Position numbers and translations under genes: made by a program. From contig OY759599.1 of the NCBI GenBank assembly GCA_963662465.1, positions 1,152,001 through 1,216,000 on the forward strand: a DNA stretch of 64,000 nucleotides, read 5' to 3'. Shown piece after piece: positions 1 to 9,199 of the stretch; the first letter of the stretch is position 1; every line of letters begins with the position of its first letter. Origin of the DNA: Desulfatiglandales bacterium (GTDB lineage: Bacteria > Desulfobacterota > DSM-4660 > Desulfatiglandales > Desulfatiglandaceae). The notes under the pieces are model-generated. The model searched no databases, was not told where the DNA came from, and saw only the letters and a program-made list of their open reading frames with translations.

Positions 1-2
1 CA

Positions 3-521
3 GAGGGTTCCTTTGAGTTCCAGGCCACCAGAGCGCCCATTCAACAGATTCTCAATTCAATAGAATTCCTCGCAAAGAATCTCGCCATATCGAACGGCTT
101 GAGCGCAGCATCCATGAGCGTTAAACCGACGCAGGAATCCGGTTTGAGCCGTATCAGTGGCAGCACAGAATTGACGGAATTACGAAAAGACCAGATCAGC
201 CTTTTTGGGCGCTATGAAAGACAGCTTTTCGCCATGTTCAAAACGGTATGGAATGCGCACAATCCCACCAAAAAGATAACCGAAAACGCCAGGCTTAAGA
301 TTGACTTTTTTGATCCGCGTCCGGTGATGAGCCCAGATAAACAGGCAGAGCTATGGGCGGCAGAATTAGAGATGGGCACCATATCAAGGACGGACATCCT
401 AATGCTCAAGAATCCAGATTTGAGCAAGGAAGACGCAATAGAAAAACTGGCTGAAATCCAGGCAGAAAACAAAACCTATAACACCTCGTCTCCTGAGACG
501 TTAAACCAGCCGGAGGAATAA
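3..521 (+). CDS. Phage portal-like protein, C-terminal part (5' end outside window)
   Basis: Frame of ORF 99..521 is open from base 3 (EGSFEFQATRAPIQQILNSIEFLAKNLAISNGL...). ESG..R motif and acidic helical tail resemble portal C-termini; directly upstream of scaffold and capsid. Confidence 0.55.
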   Translation, partial: EGSFEFQATRAPIQQILNSIEFLAKNLAISNGLSAASMSVKPTQESGLSRISGSTELTELRKDQISLFGRYERQLFAMFKTVWNAHNPTKKITENARLKIDFFDPRPVMSPDKQAELWAAELEMGTISRTDILMLKNPDLSKEDAIEKLAEIQAENKTYNTSSPETLNQPEE

Positions 522-524
522 ATT

Positions 525-905
525 ATGGCAGATGAAACCGTCAACACGGACGTAAACAGTGGAAATGAAACAACCCAGACCGACACGGGAAACACACCCG
601 AAAAAAGTGAAACGATGATCCCTAAAAGCAGATTCGACCAGATCAATCAGCAAAAACGAGAGGCGATTGACGCTCTTAAATCTGTGGCTGATCTTATGAC
701 GCAGGACGTGCCGGAAGCCTATCAAAGCCTGGTGCCGGAATTACCGCCAGCACAAAAGATTGAATGGATTAGACAGGCGCAAAAATCAGGGATTTTCAAT
801 CAGCAAAAAGAAAACGGTCTGGACAGTAAAAGACCAGCAGGCAAACCGCCTCTGGATACAAGTAAAATGCAGCCAATGGAAATGATGGTCCATGGCTACA
901 AATAA
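525..905 (+). CDS. Capsid scaffold-like protein
   Basis: Acidic low-complexity N-terminus, IPKSRFDQIN motif typical of phage scaffolds, position between portal and capsid. Confidence 0.6.
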   Translation: MADETVNTDVNSGNETTQTDTGNTPEKSETMIPKSRFDQINQQKREAIDALKSVADLMTQDVPEAYQSLVPELPPAQKIEWIRQAQKSGIFNQQKENGLDSKRPAGKPPLDTSKMQPMEMMVHGYK

Positions 906-920
906 CGAGGAATAAATATC

Positions 921-1856
921 ATGGCAATTTCACTAATTGAGGCGAGCAAGCTTAAAAACGATCCCCTGGCAAAAGGGATAATTATGTGTTTCCCGCAGGC
1001 ATCTCCGGTGCTTGAAATGATTCCATTTCTATCTGTGGCCAGCGACAGCTACAAATACAACAGAGCCGACACGCTGCCCAGATCAGATTTCAGGGCGCTC
1101 AATGAGAACTACACAGAAGGGACCAGTTCCCTCGATCACGTAACCGAATCCCTCACTATTTCTGGCGGTTTCTCTGACGTTGACAGAGCGCTTGTGAAGA
1201 CACAGGGTAATATTAATGATCTGCGGGCAATTCATGACGCACTTAAAGCCAGATCCTGCGCCTTGAAATGGGAAAAGACTTTTTTCAAGGGCGATTGTGA
1301 GTCAGATTCTAAGGAATTCGATGGGCTCCAGACTCGCCTAATCGGTGACCAACTGATTGACGCAGGTTCCAGCGCAGGAGGCGATGCTCTTTCCCTGGCG
1401 AAACTCGATCAGCTCCTGGACCAAATCGATGGAAGCCCAGACGCGCTTTTTATGAACAAAACCATGAGAAGGAGATTGACGGTTGCGGCAAGAACCACAT
1501 CGGTGGGCGGTGACATCAACTATACGCTGGATCAATTCGGACGCCGAGTCACTACCTATAACGATGTGCCGATCAGAATCGTTGAGGAGGATGAAGAGAA
1601 TAACGATATTCTCGGATTTGATGAGGCCTGTGCCTCCGGAAGTTCTGTCGGCACAAGCATCTATGCGGTGAAATTCTCACTGGGAACTCACTGTTTTGGC
1701 CTGCAATGTGGCGAGCTTGAAGTGCTCGATATGGGCCTGTATTCGGGCGGTGTGAAGTATCGAACTCTCATTGAGTGGATCAGCGGATTTACTCTGGCAC
1801 ATAATAAATCAGCGGCAAGACTGCGCTATATTAAGGACGCTGCGGTTGTCGCTTAA
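921..1856 (+). CDS. Major capsid protein (HK97-fold type)
   Basis: 311 aa, RBS GAGG; SPVLEMIPF, FRALNE, DVDRALV, FDGLQTRL, FGRRVTTYNDVPI segments resemble phage major capsids. Confidence 0.8.
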   Translation: MAISLIEASKLKNDPLAKGIIMCFPQASPVLEMIPFLSVASDSYKYNRADTLPRSDFRALNENYTEGTSSLDHVTESLTISGGFSDVDRALVKTQGNINDLRAIHDALKARSCALKWEKTFFKGDCESDSKEFDGLQTRLIGDQLIDAGSSAGGDALSLAKLDQLLDQIDGSPDALFMNKTMRRRLTVAARTTSVGGDINYTLDQFGRRVTTYNDVPIRIVEEDEENNDILGFDEACASGSSVGTSIYAVKFSLGTHCFGLQCGELEVLDMGLYSGGVKYRTLIEWISGFTLAHNKSAARLRYIKDAAVVA

Positions 1857-1867
1857 ACGATAAATTA

Positions 1868-2050
1868 GGCCACCTGGTCCGAGCTGACACCATGATAAAC
1901 GAGGGTTTTTATCCTTTTTCTTCCTTCAAATATTTTTATCATGATTGTGGCCATAAAAGCTCGGACTCGCACCCTGCGGAGTGCGTCAAGGAATCTTAAC
2001 AGATTTTCTGCCGTTAAAGCCATGGGCGGTGGGGTTGTCCCACCGCCTAT
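1868..2050 (+). ncRNA. Putative structured RNA with pseudoknot potential downstream of capsid gene
   Basis: Complementary pairs GGCCAC/GTGGCC (1868/1947), GTCCGAGCT/AGCTCGGAC (1877/1958), CATGATAAA/TTTATCATG (1891/1935), then hairpins at ~1968-1985 and ~2025-2048. Confidence 0.35.
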
Positions 2051-2053
2051 CTT

Positions 2054-2443
2054 ATGATCAGTTTCCCTTTCATCAAGCTGGAGGGATTTTATGGTGGGCA
2101 GCTTGCCCCAAAACCTGCTGCCCATCATTATAAAATCACAATGCAAAAACGCCAGATCGAAAAAATAACATATCGTGATCATAGATGTGCCGGTTACGAA
2201 AAGTGCCTCAAGACGGCAGCGATTATGGATTATCCCATGGATTGCCGGGACTGCCCAAACCGACGCCACAAGATACCTCGCCCTTCTCCTATTCACAATG
2301 AAATGATAACGGAAGAAGCCGAAAACTGCACAAGGCTCCTTCAAGCGATTTTCCATCCAGAGCGATATTACCACAAACACGACGTCCGGCAATGGGTCGA
2401 ACCGCCAGCGGATGCACCTTTGGCAAGGGTTGAATGGCTTTAA
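2054..2443 (+). CDS. Hypothetical Cys-rich phage protein (start may be 2141)
   Basis: RCAGYEKC...CRDC, possible metal binding. Confidence 0.45.
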   Translation: MISFPFIKLEGFYGGQLAPKPAAHHYKITMQKRQIEKITYRDHRCAGYEKCLKTAAIMDYPMDCRDCPNRRHKIPRPSPIHNEMITEEAENCTRLLQAIFHPERYYHKHDVRQWVEPPADAPLARVEWL

Positions 2444-2569
2444 TTCAAGGATTGATTGAGGTGGGATTTAGATTCCTGATCCCCATGAATGAGGACCAGG
2501 AATTTCGGAACTCCTCCGCATAACGTTTTCATAATTTCACCATGTAGAAAAAAGGTGGGGTTTAGGCGG

Positions 2570-2758
2570 TTATTCTATTGTTAATTGTTCTCCCGTTTCA
2601 TTATCAAACCACAGCATGGTATCTCCCTCTTCAATATCCTGTGTTGTGATAATTTTATCCTGCCGGATATCTTTTGGTAACTCGTCGCCAGAACATTTTA
2701 CTATCGAATCATCATCTTTGAAATAGCCACGGACAGCCTCTTTCATCATTGTTGTCAT
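2570..2758 (-). CDS. Small hypothetical phage protein
   Basis: 62 aa, AAGGAG RBS, start overlaps stop of 2755..2955. Confidence 0.45.
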   Translation of the reverse strand: MTTMMKEAVRGYFKDDDSIVKCSGDELPKDIRQDKIITTQDIEEGDTMLWFDNETGEQLTIE

Positions 2759-2955
2759 ATAAGGCTCCTTTCTTCTGTAGAAATTTCTAATTTTTCGCTG
2801 ACATCGTTAAATATCTGGAGCGCTTCATCCAATGACCCTTGAACATATCCAGAATATTCATTCAATTCATCCTGAAAAGAATATGCAGTTTTCAGGTGCT
2901 GCCCCATTTGTGTTAATTGTTTTCTAACCTCATCCATCATTTCACTTTCAATCAT
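2755..2955 (-). CDS. Small helical hypothetical phage protein
   Basis: 66 aa, GGAG RBS, coupled to next ORF. Confidence 0.5.
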   Translation of the reverse strand: MIESEMMDEVRKQLTQMGQHLKTAYSFQDELNEYSGYVQGSLDEALQIFNDVSEKLEISTEERSLI

Positions 2956-3399
2956 TTCAATATCTCCATTAGGGTTGACGTTAAACTGCTATCCGTTACC
3001 ATTTCATTCTGTGTTTTCACCTCCTTTAATAGTTATTTTCGATCAGCTTTTAAAAACCATTATAGCATATTTTCAAGTTTTTCTTTAAAAAATATTCAAA
3101 AAAATTACAGTGCCGGACCCGTCTCCTTTCTCAATCATTTCCTTATTATACCATTTTCTTAACGTTTTTTTACGGTTTTCTTTCCTGGTTCAAAAATAAA
3201 TATCTCACTATAAACTTGCTGTCAGCGGCACGAGATTAAACGCCAGATTGACCTATACAATCATATTAACCACCTCCCGAACGTTGAACCTGGGCAATCC
3301 TGCAAGGCCACATTTTCGCCCAGACGCCTATCTTTTCTTAATCTGCGCCCTAATCCACATAAATACTGGATATTTCTCGATTAATCACCGGAATAAAGC

Positions 3400-3432
3400 T
3401 TGACATCAATATAACTCATCTTTACTGTGTCA
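3400..3432 (+). promoter_or_regulatory. Sigma70 promoter of RHH-integrase unit with possible operator
   Basis: TTGACA (3400-3405), 17 nt, TACTGT (3423-3428); inverted TGACA (3401) / TGTCA (3428) half-sites. Confidence 0.6.
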
Positions 3433-3464
3433 GACAGATTCAAACACAAAGGAGGAGAATAACG

Positions 3465-3650
3465 ATGAGCGAAAAATTGATGAGTTTCAGGGTTGATGAA
3501 TTTTTAAGGGATGAATTCAAAATGGCGGCAGCGTTTCGTCGGAAGACCATGGCGCAGGTGCTTAATGACAAGATTGTTGAGTTTGTGGAAGAAACCATGG
3601 CGGCAATGAATGACGCACAAGATAAACGTAAAAAAACGTCTAAAAAATGA
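3465..3650 (+). CDS. Ribbon-helix-helix DNA-binding protein
   Basis: KLMSFRVDE beta-strand plus two helices; GGAGGAG RBS; directly upstream of integrase. Confidence 0.65.
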   Translation: MSEKLMSFRVDEFLRDEFKMAAAFRRKTMAQVLNDKIVEFVEETMAAMNDAQDKRKKTSKK

Positions 3651-3679
3651 TATAATAGAAAGTAAAAAGGAGAATTAAC

Positions 3680-4840
3680 ATGGGCGTGAATGTAAGGGAG
3701 AAACCGACAGGCAGCGGGATTTGGTGGGTATTTGCTAACCACAAAGGAGAAAGGAAGTCTTTAAAAGTAGGCAGAGATAAAAAAACGGCTTTAAAAATTG
3801 CAAAGGTTACAGAAGCAAGACTGGTTCTCGGGGATCTGGATATAGATGATTTCAACAAAAAGGTTCCCACGCTGAAAAAGTATGCAGAGAAATGGTTCTC
3901 CCTGCCGCACAAGACCGGCAAGGGCACCATGCACACCTATAAAAGGAATCTCGAATTGCATGTTTATCCGGTATTAGGGAACCGTCCGCTTGACCAGCTT
4001 AAACGAAAAGATTTTAAGGATATGTTTAATGACCTTCTCACAAAGGGTATGGCAGAGAGTAATTTTCAAAACATCAAATCACCTCTGAGTAGGATATTTC
4101 ATGAAGCCATGGATGACCAGTTGGTTCAAGTCAATCCTTTGGCTGGATTGTCATATTCAAAGGCCAGCAAAATTGACATCAAGCCATTGACCGAGGAGGA
4201 GGTTTTCACCTTTCTGGATGCCGCAAAAGAATATGAGGGAGGAAGATATTATCCAATTTTCTTGACCTTGCTACGCACGGGAATGAGGATAGGCGAGGCA
4301 TTAGGGTTGCAATGGCAGGATATTGATTTCAAATGGGACCCTAAAAAAAAGGAGGGACGCCAAATCCACATTCAAAGGCACATGGTAAAAAATGTGGCAA
4401 AACCAGGGACGAAAAACGGCAAGACCAGAACGGTTGACATGACACCGGTTTTGAGCGACACTCTGCGAGCGCTCAAACGTGAGAAACAGAAGGAAGCATT
4501 AAAAACCGGAAGGCCTTTTTGCCAGTATTGTTTCGCCATGGGAGACAAAACCGAGCCGGTCAGTTCTCAATGGATGGGAATAACCATGCCGGAAATATTG
4601 AAACTTGCCGGTTTGCCGAAAATGAGGATTCATGACCTGCGGCATACATACGCAACCATCAGGATAATGAATAGCCACAACATCGCAGACGTTTCTTATC
4701 AGATGGGACACAGTTCTATAAAAATTACGATTGACACCTACACGCACTGGAAACCGGGGAGATTTAAGAGTGAGGTTGATAAGTTAGACCTGCAACCAGA
4801 CGCAACCCAGACGCAACCACAGGAAAATGAAAATGGATAA
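3680..4840 (+). CDS. int: Tyrosine recombinase / phage integrase
   Basis: RTGMRIGEALGL, HDLRHTYA, MGHSSIKITIDTY catalytic motifs; N-terminal arm-binding-like domain. Confidence 0.95.
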   Translation: MGVNVREKPTGSGIWWVFANHKGERKSLKVGRDKKTALKIAKVTEARLVLGDLDIDDFNKKVPTLKKYAEKWFSLPHKTGKGTMHTYKRNLELHVYPVLGNRPLDQLKRKDFKDMFNDLLTKGMAESNFQNIKSPLSRIFHEAMDDQLVQVNPLAGLSYSKASKIDIKPLTEEEVFTFLDAAKEYEGGRYYPIFLTLLRTGMRIGEALGLQWQDIDFKWDPKKKEGRQIHIQRHMVKNVAKPGTKNGKTRTVDMTPVLSDTLRALKREKQKEALKTGRPFCQYCFAMGDKTEPVSSQWMGITMPEILKLAGLPKMRIHDLRHTYATIRIMNSHNIADVSYQMGHSSIKITIDTYTHWKPGRFKSEVDKLDLQPDATQTQPQENENG

Positions 4841-4862
4841 AATTAACAGTTTCAAGGAGTTG
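4792..4862. other. Probable att-proximal arm-type repeats and IHF-like site
   Basis: GCAACC x3 in GCAACCAGACGCAACCCAGACGCAACC (4792-4818); TTTCAAGGAGTTG (4850-4862) is one mismatch from IHF consensus WATCAANNNNTTR. Confidence 0.4.
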
Positions 4863-4878
4863 GTCAAGCAGTTTTCCC

Positions 4879-4907
4879 TTGACATGAAAGTTCCGGCTAA
4901 TTATATC
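4879..4907 (+). promoter_or_regulatory. Putative sigma70 promoter for fabH
   Basis: TTGACA-17 nt-TATATC. Confidence 0.45.
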
Positions 4908-5035
4908 AAACATATTATTTTGGGTAGAGATGGTTTAAGTTATGTATTTCAAACAGGATATGATCTGTTGAATCATTGTGGGGTTGTAGCGCGACATTAC
5001 AATGGGTAAGTTTGATTTGGAAGGATGACTTTAAA

Positions 5036-6037
5036 ATGGCAATGATGCCAAGAGGAAGGATTGTTGGAACCGGTTCAGCGGCGCCGAAAAGGATATTGTC
5101 CAACGTGGAACTCGAGAGCATTGTGGACACCAACAATGAGTGGATTGTGCGGCGAAGCGGTATCGAAGAACGGCGTATTGCATCAAAAGACCGGGATGAG
5201 ACCACCACGGATCTGGCGACGGATGCTTCTCGGAAAGCCCTGGAGATGGCGGGAATTTCCCCTGATAACCTGGATATGATCGTGACGGGAACCGTTACGC
5301 CGGATCGACAGTTTCCATCGGCCGCCTGCATGGTACAGGAGGCCCTGGACGCCTCAAATGCAACGGCTTTTGATGTTTCAGCCGGATGTTCGGGGTTTTT
5401 GTATGCCCTTGCAATGGCCAACAACGCCATTCAATGCGGGACCTGCAAAACGGCCCTGGTCATGGGGGTGGAGCGACTGTCCACCATTTTGAACTGGGAC
5501 GACCGCGGCACCTGCGTCCTCCTTGGGGACGGGGCCGGGGCTGTCGTGTTGACCGCGGAAAAAGGCGATGAGGGGATATTGTCCACCCATTTGAAGTCCG
5601 ACGGCAGGCTTGGGGATCTTCTCTATTCATCCGACGGAAAATCAAGGCTTCCGGAAATTTTGAGTTGCGTTGACCAAAAATCTTATCATCTCAGGATGGA
5701 AGGCAATCGCCTTTTCAAACGGGCCATCAACTGTTTGACATCCATTGCTCAAGAAGCCCTCGATCACAATCATATGAGTGAAGCGGACGTTGACCATATG
5801 ATCCCCCATCAGGCTAATCTCAGGATTATTCAGGCTACGGCCAAAAATCTAAAAATTCCTATGGATAGGGTCTATACCAATATTCAGCGGTATGGGAACA
5901 CCTCCTCAGCCTCTATTCCCATTGCCATGGATGAGGCCAATCGAGAGGGGTGTCTGGCAACCGGCGCCAATGTCCTTTTGGTGAGTTTTGGCGCGGGGCT
6001 TACATGGGGGTCTTCCCTGTTGAAGTGGGCCTTATGA
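5036..6037 (+). CDS. fabH: 3-oxoacyl-ACP synthase III
   Basis: AGCSGF (Cys), PHQAN (His), GNTSSAS (Asn) catalytic motifs; start moved to ATG 5036 after AAGGA. Confidence 0.95.
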   Translation: MAMMPRGRIVGTGSAAPKRILSNVELESIVDTNNEWIVRRSGIEERRIASKDRDETTTDLATDASRKALEMAGISPDNLDMIVTGTVTPDRQFPSAACMVQEALDASNATAFDVSAGCSGFLYALAMANNAIQCGTCKTALVMGVERLSTILNWDDRGTCVLLGDGAGAVVLTAEKGDEGILSTHLKSDGRLGDLLYSSDGKSRLPEILSCVDQKSYHLRMEGNRLFKRAINCLTSIAQEALDHNHMSEADVDHMIPHQANLRIIQATAKNLKIPMDRVYTNIQRYGNTSSASIPIAMDEANREGCLATGANVLLVSFGAGLTWGSSLLKWAL

Positions 6038-7450
6038 CTTTTTCCTTTTGATGGACAAGAGTGCAAAAATCATGGCGCCAAGGGTCAGGAACACGGATAT
6101 GAGGAGTACTTCCTGATAGGCGGGAGGGATGGAACGTCTGAGGGCCTGTGTTTCATTCCACCCTTCGAGGCGTAGTCCCGCCTGATACAGGGTTTGTCGG
6201 GCGGAAAAAATGGCGCCTGAAAATGCCATCCCCAGTGAAATGCCCACCTGTCGTTCCGTGGCGATCAGGGCGGATGCCGAACCGAGTCGTTTTCGCTCCA
6301 CGGCGCCCATGATGGTGCTGTTGTTGGGAGGCTGAAAGGCGCCTACGCCCAGACCCAGCAGGATCAGGATCAGGATGATGGTCGTGATTTCCGTTTGAAG
6401 ATCAAATCCAAGCATGCAGGAAAAGGCGGTGGTAACGGCGCCCGCTCCAAATATCGAGGGCCACACGGGTCCGAAACGGTCGGACAGTGCCCCGCTGATG
6501 GGACTGGCGATCATGGTGATCATGGAGACCACGGCCATGAGTAGGCCTGATTCCAAAGGGGAGAGGTTGATGCCTTCCATGAGGTAAAAGGGCATGATGA
6601 GGATGTAGGGCGGGACGGCCAAAAAAAAGAAAAACAAACTTGCCATGGCATAGGAAAAAGTGCGATTTTTAAACAGGTCCAGGTCGATGATGGGGTCTGT
6701 GGCGCGACGTTCCAACACGACGAAGAGCAGGATCATGATGATGCCGCACCCCAGGAAAAGGAGAACCGGGAGTGATGTGGGTCCGTATCGTTTAATTTGG
6801 CCCATGCCGAAAATCAGGCAGAAAAGCCCAGCCGAGGAAGTGAGGGCGCCCATGACATCCAGGGTCATTTTTTCCGAGCGCCCCTTGTCTTTTTCAAGCA
6901 GGATCAGCGACATGCAAAAGGTGATGATGCCGATGGGCGCCCGGGCATAAAACAGGGATCGCCAGTCCAGCCATTCCAGTAGAAATCCGCCGATAATGGG
7001 TCCCAGAATAAAGCCCGCAGACACGGACATGCTGAGCATTCCCAGCCCTTTTCCGATTTCACCCGCAGGAAAAGCTTCCGTGACGATGGCCGTGCCGCAG
7101 GCAATGGACATGGCCGCTCCCATGGCTTGAATAATTCTGAAGATAATGATCTGTTCCACGTTCTGGGCCAGGGCGCAGGCGGCCATGCCAATGGTAAAAA
7201 CCGCCATGCCGATGGTGTAAATTCGGGTTCTCCCGATGAAATCGCTGATTTTTCCAAAAATGAGCATCAAACTGCTGCTCGCCAGAATGTAGGCTACGGC
7301 TACCCACATGACCGTGGCAAGATCGGTGTGAAACACCCGTGTCAGTTCGGGAAAGGCAATGGTGGTGATGCTGGCGTCCATGGTGGCCATCATGGTGCCC
7401 ATGGCCACTGTGAGCAAGGCTTTCCATTTGTAGGGCAGGGCGGCGGGCAT
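6032..7450 (-). CDS. MFS drug:H+ antiporter (EmrB/QacA, DHA2)
   Basis: Multi-TM protein, GKISDFIGR motif A, GPIIGG motif C. Confidence 0.9.
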   Translation of the reverse strand: MPAALPYKWKALLTVAMGTMMATMDASITTIAFPELTRVFHTDLATVMWVAVAYILASSSLMLIFGKISDFIGRTRIYTIGMAVFTIGMAACALAQNVEQIIIFRIIQAMGAAMSIACGTAIVTEAFPAGEIGKGLGMLSMSVSAGFILGPIIGGFLLEWLDWRSLFYARAPIGIITFCMSLILLEKDKGRSEKMTLDVMGALTSSAGLFCLIFGMGQIKRYGPTSLPVLLFLGCGIIMILLFVVLERRATDPIIDLDLFKNRTFSYAMASLFFFFLAVPPYILIMPFYLMEGINLSPLESGLLMAVVSMITMIASPISGALSDRFGPVWPSIFGAGAVTTAFSCMLGFDLQTEITTIILILILLGLGVGAFQPPNNSTIMGAVERKRLGSASALIATERQVGISLGMAFSGAIFSARQTLYQAGLRLEGWNETQALRRSIPPAYQEVLLISVFLTLGAMIFALLSIKRKKS

Positions 7451-7567
7451 AGGGCCTCTCAGGGTTTTCGGATGGCATTGTCGCTTGCCTGTTTACCTTT
7501 CGACATTACCGTATCTTTCCGGGAAAAGTCAATGGACTGCGCCGGTTGCTTTTGTAAGGAGGTTTTG

Positions 7568-8401
7568 ATGGGAACGGAAAATCTGCTGGGGGACGCCTAC
7601 CGCTTGACGGCGCATATCCAGGAAGTGTTGCAGGAAAGCAGTCTTGGGAAAGCCTTTCCCAGAGGGGTATCCGGGTCCATGGGGGCTTCCGCGGTTCTTT
7701 TTCCCCTCAGTCGGAAATGCCCGAATTCCCGTTTTGCGGATGATCCCTGCCTGGTTCTCAATAAGCGCTCTCAGCTGATCAAACAGCCTGGAGACCTGTG
7801 TTTTCCGGGCGGCGCCATCGCCCATTGGTTGGACCCGAATCTGGCCCGGGTTATGAGGCTTCCCTTTTTTCCCCTGTCGCGTTGGCCCTACTGGCGGAAA
7901 TGGCAAAGTGAAAGGCCCAGGCAGGCCAGGCGATTGTCGCTGCTTTTTGCCACCAGCATCCGGGAGAGTTTTGAGGAAATGGGATTAAATCCGTTCGGTG
8001 TTCAATTTCTGGGTCCTTTGCCCCCTCAGCGCCTGGTGATGTTTCGGCGGGAGATCTTTCCCTTTGTGGGCTGGATCCGCAACCAGGGGCGGTTTTTCAT
8101 CAACCGGGAAGTTGAGAAAATTGTTCACATCCCTTTGAGGGAACTGCTGAACGTGGACAATTACGCGCAATACAGCCTGCTTTTCAATGTACACAAAGGG
8201 CCGGTCAAAAACGGGGAGTCGCGACATTTCCCCTGTTTCCTGCATCAGACCATGATGGGAACCGAAGTCCTGTGGGGCGCCACTTACCGGATCGTAATGG
8301 TTTTCCTGGATTTGATATTCGGGTTTAAACCGCCCCATATGGATGGGTTACAGGTGGTAAAAGGGGTGATCGATGAAAAGTATTATCGGAACGGTTCTTA
8401 A
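7568..8401 (+). CDS. Nudix hydrolase, CoA pyrophosphatase-like
   Basis: LNKRS..QPGDLCFPGG, RESFEEMG, LWGAT; RBS AAGGAGG before ATG 7568. Confidence 0.8.
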   Translation: MGTENLLGDAYRLTAHIQEVLQESSLGKAFPRGVSGSMGASAVLFPLSRKCPNSRFADDPCLVLNKRSQLIKQPGDLCFPGGAIAHWLDPNLARVMRLPFFPLSRWPYWRKWQSERPRQARRLSLLFATSIRESFEEMGLNPFGVQFLGPLPPQRLVMFRREIFPFVGWIRNQGRFFINREVEKIVHIPLRELLNVDNYAQYSLLFNVHKGPVKNGESRHFPCFLHQTMMGTEVLWGATYRIVMVFLDLIFGFKPPHMDGLQVVKGVIDEKYYRNGS

Positions 8402-8535
8402 AATCTGATTTCCACCTGCCCCAAAAAAAGTTGACGGAGGGTTTCAGGCGGGATATCCTACCTTTTAAGGGGATTTCAAAGAGCTTTTATCACGGTGGAA
8501 CAGAAGCATATCCTATGTCACGGGAGTCCATATCA

Positions 8536-9120
8536 ATGGCGGAAGCAATAGAGAAAAATAATAGGCATTATACGTTTGCAGACTATATTGCCTGGCCTGA
8601 TGATAACCGTTGTGAGATAATCGGAGGCTTGGTTTTCAGCATGGCGCCGGGCGCCAGTGAGGTACATCAGTCCGTCTCCGTGGATTTGATTTATCAATTC
8701 AGGGCATCTCTCAAAGACAAAAAATGTAAGATTTTCCATGCGCCCTTTGATGTACTTCTGCCGGAAAAAGGGGAACTGTTTGAAAACAGCAGCAATATCG
8801 TACAGCCTGACATCCTTGTGGTTTGTGATAAAGACAAAATAAAACAGAGAGGTTGCTATGGTCCGCCTGATCTCGTCATAGAAATTCTTTCCCCTTCAAC
8901 AGCCAAAAGAGACCTTAAGGATAAACGGAGACTATATCAACACGTCGGTGTCAGGGAATACTGGATTGTAGATCCCGTGAATCGGGCGGTTCATATCTAT
9001 AAGCTGGGAGAAAACGGAACATATGGGTTTCCGGAGATATTTGCGGAAGATGAGAAGATCAATGTCAATTTACTTGACGATGAATTGGAAATAGATTTGG
9101 GTATCGTTTTCAGCGAATAG
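8536..9120 (+). CDS. Uma2 family endonuclease
   Basis: VQPDILVVCD, PDLVIEILSPST, GVREYWIVDP. Confidence 0.9.
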   Translation: MAEAIEKNNRHYTFADYIAWPDDNRCEIIGGLVFSMAPGASEVHQSVSVDLIYQFRASLKDKKCKIFHAPFDVLLPEKGELFENSSNIVQPDILVVCDKDKIKQRGCYGPPDLVIEILSPSTAKRDLKDKRRLYQHVGVREYWIVDPVNRAVHIYKLGENGTYGFPEIFAEDEKINVNLLDDELEIDLGIVFSE

Positions 9121-9199
9121 GGGCGCATAATGATAGATCGCATCCGGTGGATAGATCTTGTGGACCGCTTTGGCGTCAGTTCTTCCAAACAGAATCTAG

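Larger units (their letters stand above)
1..4870 (+). mobile_element. Right end of integrated prophage-like or capsid-encoding satellite element (left end outside window)
   Basis: Portal-like, scaffold and capsid genes, then small ORFs and a tyrosine integrase. Host fabH promoter starts ~4879. Right boundary approximate. Confidence 0.7.

Noticed and set aside
1845..1970. Known self-cleaving ribozyme (pistol, HDV, hammerhead)
   Set aside because: Partial resemblance only; required cores (CUGANGA/GAAA, P1.1 GG, pistol pseudoknot pairing) are missing.
4827..5009. 60-aa ORF after the integrase
   Set aside because: Spans the probable att junction and fabH promoter; no recognisable features.
7127..7567. 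N-terminal extensions of ORF-track calls (7127, 37577, 38929, 58533 etc.)
   Set aside because: They overlap neighbouring genes or repeats; downstream starts have better RBS and family-consistent N-termini.
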